From an uncultured Chloroflexia bacterium (GTDB lineage: Bacteria; Chloroflexota; Dehalococcoidia; UBA2979), in NCBI GenBank assembly GCA_963728205.1, contig CAVSIV010000002.1, positions 224,001-288,000 on the forward strand: a stretch of DNA of 64,000 nucleotides, written 5' to 3'. The position numbers and the translations under genes were made by a program. A model generated the notes under the pieces. It saw only the letters and a program-made list of their open reading frames with translations. It made no database searches and was not told the DNA's origin. Shown piece after piece: positions 54,804 to 64,000 of this stretch (position 1 is its first letter; every line of letters begins with the position of its first letter).

Positions 54804-56252
54804 ATGCGCGCGCCAGCGCACCCCGTGGTCCTCGAGACGAACGCGCGCCTGCTGGCGCGCCGCGCATGCGGCCCCGGCGGCACGCTGCTCGACGTCCCCG
54901 GCGCGCACTGGGACGGCGTCGCCGGCGCGTTCGACATGGTGTGGCTGATGGGCGTCTGGCAGCGCAGCGACGCCTCGCGCGCCGAGGCGCTGGCGAACGG
55001 CGACCTGCGCCGCGCGTTCGACGCCGCGCTGCCGGGCTGGCGCGAGACGGACGTCGCCGGCTCCCCGTACGCGGTGGCCGACTACACGCTCGACGCCGCG
55101 CTGGGCGTGCCCGGCGACCTGTCGGTGCTCCGCGAGCGGCTGCGCACGCGCGGCCTGGGCCTCGTGCTCGACTTCGTCCCGAACCACGTCGCGCGCGATC
55201 ACCCCTGGACGCGCGGTCAGGCCGACTTCTGCGTGCGTCCGGCGGCTGCGGTCGCGGAGGCGCACCCGGGCTGGTTCTTCCGCACTCCCGACGGCGTGCT
55301 GGTCGCCCACGGCCGCGACCCGAACTTCGCTCCCTGGAGCGACACGGCACAGCTCAACTACGCGCACCCCGGCCTGCGCGCCGCGCAGGTCGAGCAGCTG
55401 CTCGCGATCGCCGGCCAGGCCGACGGCGTGCGCTGCGACATGGCGATGCTCGCGCTGAACGACGTCTTCGGCGACGTATGGGGCCCGGTCATCGGCCAGC
55501 TCGGCATGCCGTCGACGGAGTTCTGGGCGACCGCGATCGGGGCGGTGAAGGCGCGCTACCCCGACTTCCTCTTCATCGCCGAGGCGTACTGGGGGCTCGA
55601 GGCGCGCCTGCTCGAGCTCGGCTTCGACTACGTCTACGACAAGACGCTCTACGACCGCCTGCGCCACGACGACGTCGCGGCGCTGCGCGGCTGGCGCCCG
55701 GAGCACGGGCTGGGCGATCACGGCGTGCGCTTCATCGAGAACCACGACGAGGACCGCGCGGCGACGGCGTTCGGCCCGGCGAAGGGGCGCGCCGCCGCGA
55801 CGGTGGCGGCGACACTCCCCGGTCTCCGCCTCATCCATGACGGCCAGCGCGAGGGCCGCCGCGCCCGTATCCCCGTGCAGCTCCTGCGCGAGCCCGACGA
55901 GCCTGTCGATGCCGCGACGGCGGCCTTCTACGACCGGCTGCTCTCCGCGGCGCGCGACCCGGTGCTGCGCGAGGGCGTGTGGCACCCCGTTGACGTGGTG
56001 GCCAACGGCGCGTGGGGCAACGAGGGCCACGTGCTCGCGTGGTCGTGGCAGGCGAATGGCAGCGCGCTCGTGGTGGCCGTGAACTACGCCAACGCGCCGG
56101 CGAGCTGCCGACTCGTGCTGCCGGCGCCGGCGCCGGCAGCGGCGCTCGAGCTGACGGAACGCCTGGCCGACCCGCCGGCACGCGCGGTCGCGCAGCCGGC
56201 GCTCACGGTGTCGCTCACGCTCGAGCCGTGGGCCGCGCACGTCCTGACCTAA
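54804..56252 (+). CDS. GH13 alpha-amylase-family glycosidase
   Basis: VWLMGVW, GSPYAV, LDFVPNH, DGVRCDMA, FIAEAYW, FIENHDE. Confidence 0.9.
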   Translation: MRAPAHPVVLETNARLLARRACGPGGTLLDVPGAHWDGVAGAFDMVWLMGVWQRSDASRAEALANGDLRRAFDAALPGWRETDVAGSPYAVADYTLDAALGVPGDLSVLRERLRTRGLGLVLDFVPNHVARDHPWTRGQADFCVRPAAAVAEAHPGWFFRTPDGVLVAHGRDPNFAPWSDTAQLNYAHPGLRAAQVEQLLAIAGQADGVRCDMAMLALNDVFGDVWGPVIGQLGMPSTEFWATAIGAVKARYPDFLFIAEAYWGLEARLLELGFDYVYDKTLYDRLRHDDVAALRGWRPEHGLGDHGVRFIENHDEDRAATAFGPAKGRAAATVAATLPGLRLIHDGQREGRRARIPVQLLREPDEPVDAATAAFYDRLLSAARDPVLREGVWHPVDVVANGAWGNEGHVLAWSWQANGSALVVAVNYANAPASCRLVLPAPAPAAALELTERLADPPARAVAQPALTVSLTLEPWAAHVLT

Positions 56253-56326
56253 GCGGCGGCAGACATGCCGCCGACGCGGCCGCGGGCGGCCCCCCCGCGA
56301 TCTGTCGGCGGCATGTCTGCCGCCGC
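56253..56326. repeat. Perfect 23-bp inverted repeat (REP-like family 3)
   Basis: gcggcggcagacatgccgccgac (56253-56275) / gtcggcggcatgtctgccgccgc (56304-56326); related arms at 57572-57594 and 17928-17952. Confidence 0.8.
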
Positions 56327-56467
56327 TGTGGGGCGGGGCGACGGCGACGGACGTTCCCCTTCGTCCCCCTCGATGCGGCACCATCGCCCCTGTGCGGCCT
56401 CGGGCCGCGGCGGCAGCCTCGATGCAGAGACGCCTGCGCGCCGCGCGGGCGAGCATGGAGGCACGTC

Positions 56468-57544
56468 ATGGCCGAGCGGATTCGGGTCGGCATCAACGGG
56501 TACGGGGTGATCGGCAAGCGCGTGGCGGACGCCGTCCGCCTGCAGCCGGACATGGAGCTCATGGGCGTGGCCGACGTCACACCCGACTACCGCGTGGAGA
56601 CCGCAGTCACGCTCGACCTGCCGGTGTTCGTCGCTGACCCGGCCCGACTGCCGGACTTCCACAACGCGGGCGTGCCCGTCGCCGGCACCGTCGACGCGCT
56701 CGTCTCCGTGAGCGACGTGATCGTCGACTGCACCCCGAAGGGCGTCGCGTCGCGCAACCTCGACCTCTATCGCGCGGCCGGCGTGAAGGCGGTGTTCCAG
56801 GGCGGCGAGCCGCACGAGCTGACGGGCCACTCGTTCGTTGCGCAGGCGAACTACGAGACGGCGGTCGGGCGCGAGACGACGCGCGTGGTGTCGTGCAACA
56901 CGACGAGCATCGTGCGCACGCTCGGCGCGCTCCGCGACGCCGGACTGCTGCGCCGCGCGCGCGGCGTGCTCGTCCGGCGCGCGACCAATCCGTGGGAGTC
57001 CGACCACAGCGGCATCATGGACACCGTGGTCCCCGAGCGGCACATCCCCAGCCACCAGGGACCCGACGCGCGCTCCGTCATCCCCGACCTCGACCTCGTG
57101 ACGATCGCGGCGAAGGCCGCGCACACGCACGGGCACATTCACTACTGGTTCGTCGACCTCGCGCGGCCGGCGAGCCGCGACGAGGTGCTCGACGCCTTCC
57201 GCCGCGCGCCGCGCATCGCGTTCGTGCGCGAGAGCGAAGGCATCGTCGCGCTCAACAGCACGCAGGAGCTGATGCGCGACCTCGGCCGCCCGCGCGGCGA
57301 CATGTGGGAGGTGGCGCTCTGGCAGGACATCCTCAGCGTCGACGGCTCCGAGGCGTACTACACGTATCAGGTCGACAACGAGGCGATCGTCGTGCCGGAG
57401 AACATCGACGCGGTGCGCGCGCTCGCCGGCCGGGTGCGCGATGGCGCGGAATCGATCCGCATCACCGACGAGTCGCTCGGGATGCGTCGCGAGTTCCTGC
57501 ACCCGCGCGCCGACGTGCTCGCGGCGCGGCACCTGATCGCCTGA
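56468..57544 (+). CDS. gap: Type II (archaeal-type) glyceraldehyde-3-phosphate dehydrogenase
   Basis: GINGYGVIGKRVADAV..QPDM, VDCTP, FQGGE, RVVSCNTT, LVRRA, PSHQGPD, EAIVVPENIDAVRA. Confidence 0.92.
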   Translation: MAERIRVGINGYGVIGKRVADAVRLQPDMELMGVADVTPDYRVETAVTLDLPVFVADPARLPDFHNAGVPVAGTVDALVSVSDVIVDCTPKGVASRNLDLYRAAGVKAVFQGGEPHELTGHSFVAQANYETAVGRETTRVVSCNTTSIVRTLGALRDAGLLRRARGVLVRRATNPWESDHSGIMDTVVPERHIPSHQGPDARSVIPDLDLVTIAAKAAHTHGHIHYWFVDLARPASRDEVLDAFRRAPRIAFVRESEGIVALNSTQELMRDLGRPRGDMWEVALWQDILSVDGSEAYYTYQVDNEAIVVPENIDAVRALAGRVRDGAESIRITDESLGMRREFLHPRADVLAARHLIA

Positions 57545-57644
57545 CGGCGCCGGGTGCCCGGGCCCCGCGTCAAGCGGCGGCAGCATGCCGCCGATTCCGT
57601 GCGGCGTCTGCCCGCGACCGACGCTGGTTCCTGGATCGCGGGCT

Positions 57645-60287
57645 CTATCCGCCGTCGCCGCGGGCGATCGCGATGCGTGCGTCGACGATGGCGAGTCCGT
57701 TGCCGCGCGGGAACACGCGCACGGGGTTGAGATCCATCTCGGCGATCTCGGGTGCGACCCCGGTGAGCCACGCCGTGCGCAGCAGCAGGTCCTCGACGGC
57801 CGCGACGTCGGCCGGCGGCGCGCCCCGGTAGCCGTCCAGCAGCGGGAAGCCGCGGATCGCGCGCACCTGCTCTGCCGCGTCGACGTCGGTCAGTGGCGTG
57901 AGGCGGAAGGCGACGTCGCGCAGCACCTCCACGGTCGTCCCGCCGAGCCCGAACCCGACCAGTGGCCCGAAGGTGGGGTCGACCGTGACGCCGACCATCA
58001 CCTCGATCCCGCCCGGCACCATGCGCTGCACGAGGTAGCCGCTCACACCCTCGAGCCCCGCCATGCGCTCGCACGCGGAGCGCACCGCAGCGGCGTCCGC
58101 GAGCGCCAGCGCCACGCCGCCGACGTCGGACTTGTGCACGATCGCGGTGGACACGACCTTCACCGCGACCGGGAAGCCGACCGCGACCGCGGCCTCCGCG
58201 GCCGCTTCCGGCGTCGGGGCGATGCGGAAGGAGGGGAGGGCGAGCCCGGCGGCGCCGAGCAGCCGCGCGACCCGGTCGGGGGCCAGCCACGGCGACGCGC
58301 CGGTGGCCGCGCGGGCATCGTCGATCGCGGCGCGCGCGGCGGCGGCATCGACGCCGGTCGGCACGCGGACCACCCCGGGGTCGCGGCGGCGCCACTCTTC
58401 GTAGCGGACGGCGTGCCCGAGCGCGCGCGCGGGTGCCTCGGGGAAGCGGTAGGCGGGAATGGGGCGAGGGTCGTCGGTCGCGCCGCGCAGGGGGCCGGGC
58501 GCGTCATCGGGAGACATAAAGCACGCGAGCACGGGTTTCGCCCCGACCCCGCCGGGCGCCTGCGCGACGCCGCGATGGAGCGCGCGCGCATAGTCGTCGG
58601 CGGGGCCGCCCGAGACCGGGATGTAGATCGCGATGAGGGCGTCGACGGCGTCGTCGGCGAGGACCGTGCGCGCGACGGTTTCGTACTGAGCGGGCGTGGC
58701 GGAGGCGATCATGTCGACGGGGTTGCCGAGGCCGGCGGTCGGCGGCAGCGCCACGCGGAGGGCGTCGGTCGTGGCACCGGCGAGCGAGGGCAGCGTGAGC
58801 CCGTTCGCTTCGCAGGCGTCGGCGCAGAGGATGCCCGGGCCGCCGGCGTTCGTGATCACCGCGACGCGCGGCCCGCGCGGCGGAGGCTGGTTCGTCAGCA
58901 GGGATGCGACGTCGAACAGCTCCTCGAGCGTGTCGAGGCGAATGATGCCGGCCTGGCGGAAGAGCGCGTCGGCAGCGACATCGGAGCCGGCGAGCGCGGC
59001 GGTGTGCGAGCGCGCGGCGCGCGAACCGGCGGCGCTGCGCCCGCTCTTCACGGCGAGGATCGGCTTCGTCCGGCCGACGCGCCGTGCGATGCGCGCGAAC
59101 TTCCGCGGGTTGCCGAACGACTCCAGGTAGAGGGCGATCACGTTCGTGTCCGGGTCGGCCTCCCAGTACTGCAGCAGGTCGTTGCCGGAGACGTCGGCCT
59201 TGTTGCCGACGCTGACGAACGACGACAGCCCGATGCCGAGCCGCGTCGCGTAGTCGGCGATGGCGAGGCCCATCGCGCCGCTCTGCGACGACATCGCGAC
59301 GCCGCCGCGCGGCGGCAGGCCGCGGCCGAAGGTGGCGTTGAGGCGGACGGCGGGGTTGGTGTTGAACACGCCGAGGCAGTTGGGGCCGACCATGCGCATG
59401 CCATGTCCGCGCACGCGCGCGACGAGCGCCGCCTGCGCCGCACGCCCGGGGTCGCCCGTCTCGGCGAAGCCGGCGGTGAGCACGATCAGCGCGCGCACCC
59501 CGTGTGTGGCGCACGCGTCGACGGCAGCCGGCACGGCGCTCGGGGGCACGGCGATCACCGCGAGGTCGACGGGGTCGGGGATCGCGTCCACCGAGGGGTA
59601 GGCGCGGATCGCGCCGATCGAGAGCGCGGACGGGTTCACGGGATAGACGGGGCCCGCGAAGCCGCCGGCAACGAGCCGGTCGAGCACGACGCGGCCGATC
59701 GCGCCCGGCGTGCGCGACGCGCCGACGACGGCGACGGAGCGCGGGCGGAACAGCGGGACGAGCGAGGCGGCGGTGGCCGCGCGCTCGCGCTCGTCGAAGC
59801 GGGCGAGGCCGTGCGCGTCGGGGTTGGTGGTGATCGTGAACGCGAGCCCGCCGGGCGTCGCCTCCTCGGCGATCACGAGGCCGCTGCTGCGCAGCACGTC
59901 CTGCGCGCGGGCGTCGTCGGATGCCGCGACCGCGGTCAGCGCCGCGATGCCGGCTGCGTGCGCACGCTCGGCGACGTGCTGGAGGAGCAGCGTGCCGATG
60001 CCGCGTCCGAGCTCGTCTGCGCGCACCGCGAACATCGCGCGCGCGACCGGGCCGGCGGCGTCGCACGCGCCGACCGCCGCGGCGAGGTAGCCCGCCGCCC
60101 CGAGGATCGCCTCGCCGCCCGGCGCGTCGCGGGTCACGACGGAGACCGCCGCCAGGCGCGCGACGTCGTCGCGGCGGGCAGCGGTCCAGGGCAGGGCGGC
60201 GATCGCGTGCGCGTCGGCCGGCACCGCGGCGCGCACCCAGGCGCTCGCGCCGTCGCGCAGCAGGATCGGCTCGCGGTCGTCCGTCAT
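57645..60287 (-). CDS. GNAT + NDP-forming acyl-CoA synthetase-like fusion (Pat/acetate-CoA ligase family)
   Basis: N-terminal GRGIGTLLL; PRSVAVVGAS; GPNCLG; SQSGA; GNKAD; SHTAALAG; HKSDVGGV; DLNPV. Confidence 0.9.
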   Translation of the reverse strand: MTDDREPILLRDGASAWVRAAVPADAHAIAALPWTAARRDDVARLAAVSVVTRDAPGGEAILGAAGYLAAAVGACDAAGPVARAMFAVRADELGRGIGTLLLQHVAERAHAAGIAALTAVAASDDARAQDVLRSSGLVIAEEATPGGLAFTITTNPDAHGLARFDERERAATAASLVPLFRPRSVAVVGASRTPGAIGRVVLDRLVAGGFAGPVYPVNPSALSIGAIRAYPSVDAIPDPVDLAVIAVPPSAVPAAVDACATHGVRALIVLTAGFAETGDPGRAAQAALVARVRGHGMRMVGPNCLGVFNTNPAVRLNATFGRGLPPRGGVAMSSQSGAMGLAIADYATRLGIGLSSFVSVGNKADVSGNDLLQYWEADPDTNVIALYLESFGNPRKFARIARRVGRTKPILAVKSGRSAAGSRAARSHTAALAGSDVAADALFRQAGIIRLDTLEELFDVASLLTNQPPPRGPRVAVITNAGGPGILCADACEANGLTLPSLAGATTDALRVALPPTAGLGNPVDMIASATPAQYETVARTVLADDAVDALIAIYIPVSGGPADDYARALHRGVAQAPGGVGAKPVLACFMSPDDAPGPLRGATDDPRPIPAYRFPEAPARALGHAVRYEEWRRRDPGVVRVPTGVDAAAARAAIDDARAATGASPWLAPDRVARLLGAAGLALPSFRIAPTPEAAAEAAVAVGFPVAVKVVSTAIVHKSDVGGVALALADAAAVRSACERMAGLEGVSGYLVQRMVPGGIEVMVGVTVDPTFGPLVGFGLGGTTVEVLRDVAFRLTPLTDVDAAEQVRAIRGFPLLDGYRGAPPADVAAVEDLLLRTAWLTGVAPEIAEMDLNPVRVFPRGNGLAIVDARIAIARGDGG

Positions 60288-60324
60288 GCCGGCATCGACC
60301 TTCCCCGGACGACGCGCGTCGGCG

Positions 60325-60864
60325 TCAGCTCGCGACCGGGCCGGCCGTCGCCGACGTGGAGCGCATCGCCGGTGGATTGGGGACGGCGCGCGGGCCCGCG
60401 AGCAGCACGGCGGCGGCGCCGGCATGCCGGAGCACGTACTCGGCGACCGACCCCAGCACTTCGCGGCCGAGCCCCGAGTGCCCGCGCGTCGCCATCACGA
60501 TCACCTCGGCGCCGCGCTCCGCGGCCGCGTCGAGGATCTCGTTGCCGGCCAGCCCCTCGCGCACGTCGGCGCGCGCGACGGTCACGCCGGCGGCGGCCAG
60601 CGCGCGGCGCGCCGCCTCCAGGTTCGCGGCAGCCTCGTCGCGCTGCATGAAGTGCGTGCTGTCGACGAGCTCCTCGAGCGACCGCTGGCCGCCGAGCGTG
60701 AACTCGTACGCCGACGCCTGGAGGTCGCGCCGCAGCGCCTCGCGCGTCGGAATGACCTGGACGAGGTCGACGACGGCCTCGGGCCCGGCGATCTGCGCGG
60801 CGTGCGGGATGGCCGTGCGCGCGAGCGGGGAGCCGTCGACGGCGAGCAGGATGTGGCGGTACAT
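60325..60864 (-). CDS. Universal stress protein
   Basis: ILLAVDGS, IVMATRGHSG..LGSVAEYVLRH. Confidence 0.92.
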   Translation of the reverse strand: MYRHILLAVDGSPLARTAIPHAAQIAGPEAVVDLVQVIPTREALRRDLQASAYEFTLGGQRSLEELVDSTHFMQRDEAAANLEAARRALAAAGVTVARADVREGLAGNEILDAAAERGAEVIVMATRGHSGLGREVLGSVAEYVLRHAGAAAVLLAGPRAVPNPPAMRSTSATAGPVAS

Positions 60865-60965
60865 GGGTCGTCCTTCTTCCGGGTGGTCCGACGGCCGTGC
60901 CGCCGGGAGCGGAACCGGCGGCACGCCGTCTCTGTGGCCTGCGCCACCCCCGGTCGAAGCGCCGC

Positions 60966-61460
60966 CTACCGCTGCGCGGCCTCGCCCTCGGGGTGGATCA
61001 GCAGCACGGGAATGCCGTGGAGGTGACGGACCACGTGGTCGGCGACCGAGCCGAGGACCGTGCGCGTCAGGCCGGACCGGCCGTGCGTCGCCATCACGAC
61101 GACGTCGCAGCCCTCCGCGTGCGCCGCGTCGACGATCGCCGGACCCGGCGCGCCCTCGACGACCTTCGTCGTGACCTTCGCCACGCCGGCGCGCTCGAGG
61201 CGCTCACGCGCGAGCGCGAGATCCTCGGCCGCCGCCCCGTGCTGCCCCTCGACGACTTCCTGTACGACGTCCGGGTTCACGCCGATGCCGTTGAGCGCGA
61301 AGCCGGCGGGCGTCGTCTGCGCGAGGATGCGCGAGACGCTGTCCACGACTTCGATCACCAGCACCTCGCCCTCGCCGGCGGGCAGGACCTTCGCGACCTG
61401 TGCGATCGCGTCGGCGGAGAGTGCCGAGCCGTCGACCGGGAGCAGCGCTTTGCGGTACAC
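60966..61460 (-). CDS. Universal stress protein
   Basis: LLPVDGS, VVMATHGRSG..LGSVADHVVRH. Confidence 0.92.
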   Translation of the reverse strand: MYRKALLPVDGSALSADAIAQVAKVLPAGEGEVLVIEVVDSVSRILAQTTPAGFALNGIGVNPDVVQEVVEGQHGAAAEDLALARERLERAGVAKVTTKVVEGAPGPAIVDAAHAEGCDVVVMATHGRSGLTRTVLGSVADHVVRHLHGIPVLLIHPEGEAAQR

Positions 61461-61484
61461 GTCACCTCCACGGACCGCGTGGCG

Positions 61485-61925
61485 TTACGACGCGGTCTTG
61501 ATCTCGATCTTCTTGGGCATCGCCTTCTCGGACTTCGGAATGTGGATCGTCAGCACACCCTTGTCCAGTTCGGCCTGGACGTCGGCGCCGCCGTCGACCA
61601 CCCCCGGCAGCGCGAGGCGGCGGTTCAGGGCGCCCGAGAAGCGCTCCCGACGGTAGTACCGCTCGCCCTGCTCTTCTTTCTCTTCCTCGTGGTGCGCCTT
61701 GATCGAGAGGATGCCGGCATCGACCTGCACCTCAATCTCCTCCTGCTTGTAGCCGGGGACCGACGCCCGCACGGTGACCTCGCGGTCGTTTTCCGCGACG
61801 TCGACGGCGAGCGCGCCGTCCTCGAACTCGGCAGGCAGCAGCGTGCGCACCCAGGAGTCGTCGAAGAGGCGGCCCAGCCGCGTGTTCAGGTCGGCGAACG
61901 GCGAACGCAGGGTGATGTCGCTCAT
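61485..61925 (-). CDS. Hsp20/alpha-crystallin small heat-shock protein
   Basis: LAVDVAE..ASVPG..YYRRERFSG..RRLALP..GVLTIHIPK. Confidence 0.92.
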   Translation of the reverse strand: MSDITLRSPFADLNTRLGRLFDDSWVRTLLPAEFEDGALAVDVAENDREVTVRASVPGYKQEEIEVQVDAGILSIKAHHEEEKEEQGERYYRRERFSGALNRRLALPGVVDGGADVQAELDKGVLTIHIPKSEKAMPKKIEIKTAS

Positions 61926-62054
61926 GGTCCTGGCTCCGATCAATCTATCCGCTCGATGTCGCGGGCCGGCACGGGCCGCCGCGCGCCCGGTCCTCACCCG
62001 AGTGTGCGCTGCGATCCGCCGCGCGCTTAGAGGCATACGTGCGGCGCGCGGCGT

Positions 62055-62064
62055 GACCTTCGTC
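62055..62064. promoter_or_regulatory. GAC-N4-GTC palindrome between divergent hsp20 and kinase genes
   Basis: gaccttcgtc; matches the core spacing of the DosR box (GGGAC-N4-GTCCC). Confidence 0.4.
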
Positions 62065-62189
62065 CGCACCCGTTCCCCGAGAAAACTCGCACCGGCTTCT
62101 GATATGTGGGACGCTGGATGACGCTCAGCAGCGGCGGAGCGGGCTGAGGGCCGTGAGGTGGGGTGGGCCACCGCCGGGTGAGGGCGCAC

Positions 62190-63611
62190 ATGGATCGTAT
62201 CGGGCCCGACGCCTTCACCATGCTGCTCGACGCGGCGCCCGACGGCGTCACCGTGGTCGATGACCGCGGCATCGTCATCTACGTCAACGAGCAGATGGAG
62301 CGGCTCTTCGGCTACGCGCGCGCCGAGATCATCGGCCAGCGTGTCGAGATGCTGCTGCCGGATTCGCTGCGCCAGGTGCACGTCCGGCATCGCGCCGAGT
62401 TCCAGTCGGCGGCGCGCCGGCGCCCGATGGGCAGCGGGCTCGACCTCGTCGGCCGGCGCAAGGACGGTAGCGAGTTCCCCGTCGAGATCAGCCTCAGCCC
62501 GCTCGAGACCGAGCACGGCGTGTTCGTCACCGCGATCGTGCGCGACGTCACCCAGCGCCGTCACACGCAGCAGGCGCTGCAGGCGAGCGAGGAGCGCTAC
62601 CGCCTCCTCGCCGAGAACGCCGAGGACGTCATCTATCGCGTGGCCGTCGCGCCGGGCCCGCCCCGCGTCGAATACATCAGCCCGGCGGTGCGCTTCACGG
62701 GGCACTCGCCCGACGAGTTCTACGCGCGTCCCGATCTCCTGCTGCAGGTGATCCATCCGGGCGACCGCGACATCGGCGCGCAGATGCTCGCCGACCCGGG
62801 TTCGTTCACGACGCCCGTGACCGTGCGCTTCCTCGATGGCGATGGCGTGCCGGTCTGGCTCGAACACCGCATCCGGCCGATCCGTGATGCCGGCGGGCGC
62901 ATCGTCGCCTTCGAGGGCATCGGCCGCGACACCACCGAACGCATCCGTGTCGAGGAGGAGCGCCGCCTGCTGCTGGCCGACGCCGAGATGCAGCGCGAAC
63001 GCGAGCGCATCGCGGCCGACCTCCATGACGGCGTGATGCAGTCGATCTACGGCGTCGGGCTCAGCCTGCGGCAGGCGAACAGTCACCTCGGCGACGGCCA
63101 CCCGGAGGCACGCGAGCGCATCGAGGAGGCGATCGACGAGCTGGCGAACGCGATCGCGGACATCCGCCGGTACGTCATGGATCTGCGCCCCGTGCGCTTC
63201 ACCGGCGACCTCACGACGTCGCTCTCCGACGTGGCGCGGCTGTTCGAGCTGAGCTCCGGGATCCCGACGACGATGGAGATCGACCTCGGCGACGCGGAGC
63301 CGGCCGACGAGCGGGCGCTGGCGATGTTCCACGTGGTGCGCGAGGCGCTCTCGAACGTCCGGCGCCACGCCCGGGCGACCGGCGTGTCGATCTCATTGCG
63401 CTCCGCCGACGGCGAGCTGTGCCTGGCGATCACGGATGACGGCGTCGGATTCGACGCCGCCGAGGCCGGCCCCGAGGGACACTTCGGGCTGCAGAACATG
63501 CACCTGCGCGCGCGCGCCGCCGGCGGGCGGCTCGCCATCGAGAGCGCCCCCGGCCAGGGGACATCGGTCGCGATGCGCGTCCCCGTCGCAGCGGCGCCGC
63601 CCGTCGCGTAG
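62190..63611 (+). CDS. Cytoplasmic PAS-PAS HisKA_3 sensor kinase (NreB/DosS-type kinase core)
   Basis: PAS ..RQVHVRHR..MGSGLDLVGRRKDGSEFPVEISLS; ERERIAADLHDGVMQ; REALSNVRRH; DDGVGFD; GLQNM. Confidence 0.92.
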   Translation: MDRIGPDAFTMLLDAAPDGVTVVDDRGIVIYVNEQMERLFGYARAEIIGQRVEMLLPDSLRQVHVRHRAEFQSAARRRPMGSGLDLVGRRKDGSEFPVEISLSPLETEHGVFVTAIVRDVTQRRHTQQALQASEERYRLLAENAEDVIYRVAVAPGPPRVEYISPAVRFTGHSPDEFYARPDLLLQVIHPGDRDIGAQMLADPGSFTTPVTVRFLDGDGVPVWLEHRIRPIRDAGGRIVAFEGIGRDTTERIRVEEERRLLLADAEMQRERERIAADLHDGVMQSIYGVGLSLRQANSHLGDGHPEARERIEEAIDELANAIADIRRYVMDLRPVRFTGDLTTSLSDVARLFELSSGIPTTMEIDLGDAEPADERALAMFHVVREALSNVRRHARATGVSISLRSADGELCLAITDDGVGFDAAEAGPEGHFGLQNMHLRARAAGGRLAIESAPGQGTSVAMRVPVAAAPPVA

Positions 63612-63655
63612 TCCGACCCTTCCCGAGATCGCTGCGGAGCAGCCGCTGCGGCCTG

Positions 63656-63874
63656 CTACTCTCCGTCGCTGGCCGGGTCCCGGAAGCGGGGGAACGGCTG
63701 TCGGTGGCCGGGCTCCGGCTCGACGTAGCGGTTGCTGAACTCGCGCTGCGTGCCGCAGTTCACGCAGCGGCCCGTGCTGACCATCGACACCGGCGCATCG
63801 ATCACCCAGTGGTGCACGCACGCGCCGGTGGCGGTCGCGCGCGTCTCCGTCGACACCTGCACGTCAGTCGTCAT
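63656..63874 (-). CDS. Small Cys/His zinc-ribbon-like protein
   Basis: CVHHWVI..STGRCVNCG..REFSN; GGAGGAGG RBS before the ATG at 63874. Confidence 0.75.
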   Translation of the reverse strand: MTTDVQVSTETRATATGACVHHWVIDAPVSMVSTGRCVNCGTQREFSNRYVEPEPGHRQPFPRFRDPASDGE

Positions 63875-64000
63875 CGCGAAATCCTCCTCCACGCGGGCCG
63901 GCTTCCCGCAGGAGCGGGGCGGCGAACCGGTCGGAGCGCGATGTTCGGCCGGCGGGGCGACCCGGGGCACGTCGCTTCGTACTGTCGCGCGTGTGACCTT

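Overview
Very GC-rich bacterial window. A Chloroflexota/Dehalococcoidia-like host is inferred from protein families and leaderless -10 boxes, not proven. Scattered small indels break several genes and look like long-read assembly errors. From left to right the window holds: (1) the end of an E. coli-type NADH dehydrogenase operon (nuoH-N); (2) a KdpD/KdpE-like pair convergent on a KimA/YdaO-like APC transporter; (3) two MFS transporters, a methyltransferase, a His-rich lipoprotein, pgm, an HDOD protein, a kinase and an aldo-keto reductase; (4) a 9-gene operon: cupredoxin, caa3-type oxidase, membrane protein, CtaG, Rieske, cytochrome b-c fusion, GH15 and another membrane protein; (5) tRNA-Gly(TCC) inside a 16-kb cluster of five secreted modular proteins and an acyl-CoA ligase; (6) ThuA, MFS and Gfo genes; (7) a DosR-regulon-like stress cluster: three USPs, Hsp20, a GNAT/acyl-CoA synthetase, archaeal-type GAPDH, GH13 and a PAS kinase. 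The best candidate for an undescribed system is the surface-protein cluster at 33.2-49.5 kb. There, interchangeable passenger domains sit on a shared 'IPG(A/G)P' C-terminal module, and four of the five proteins also carry an HPxHHP motif and an H-[L/F]-S motif resembling ZU5/GAIN autoproteolysis sites. No CRISPR array, integrase or transposase was seen.
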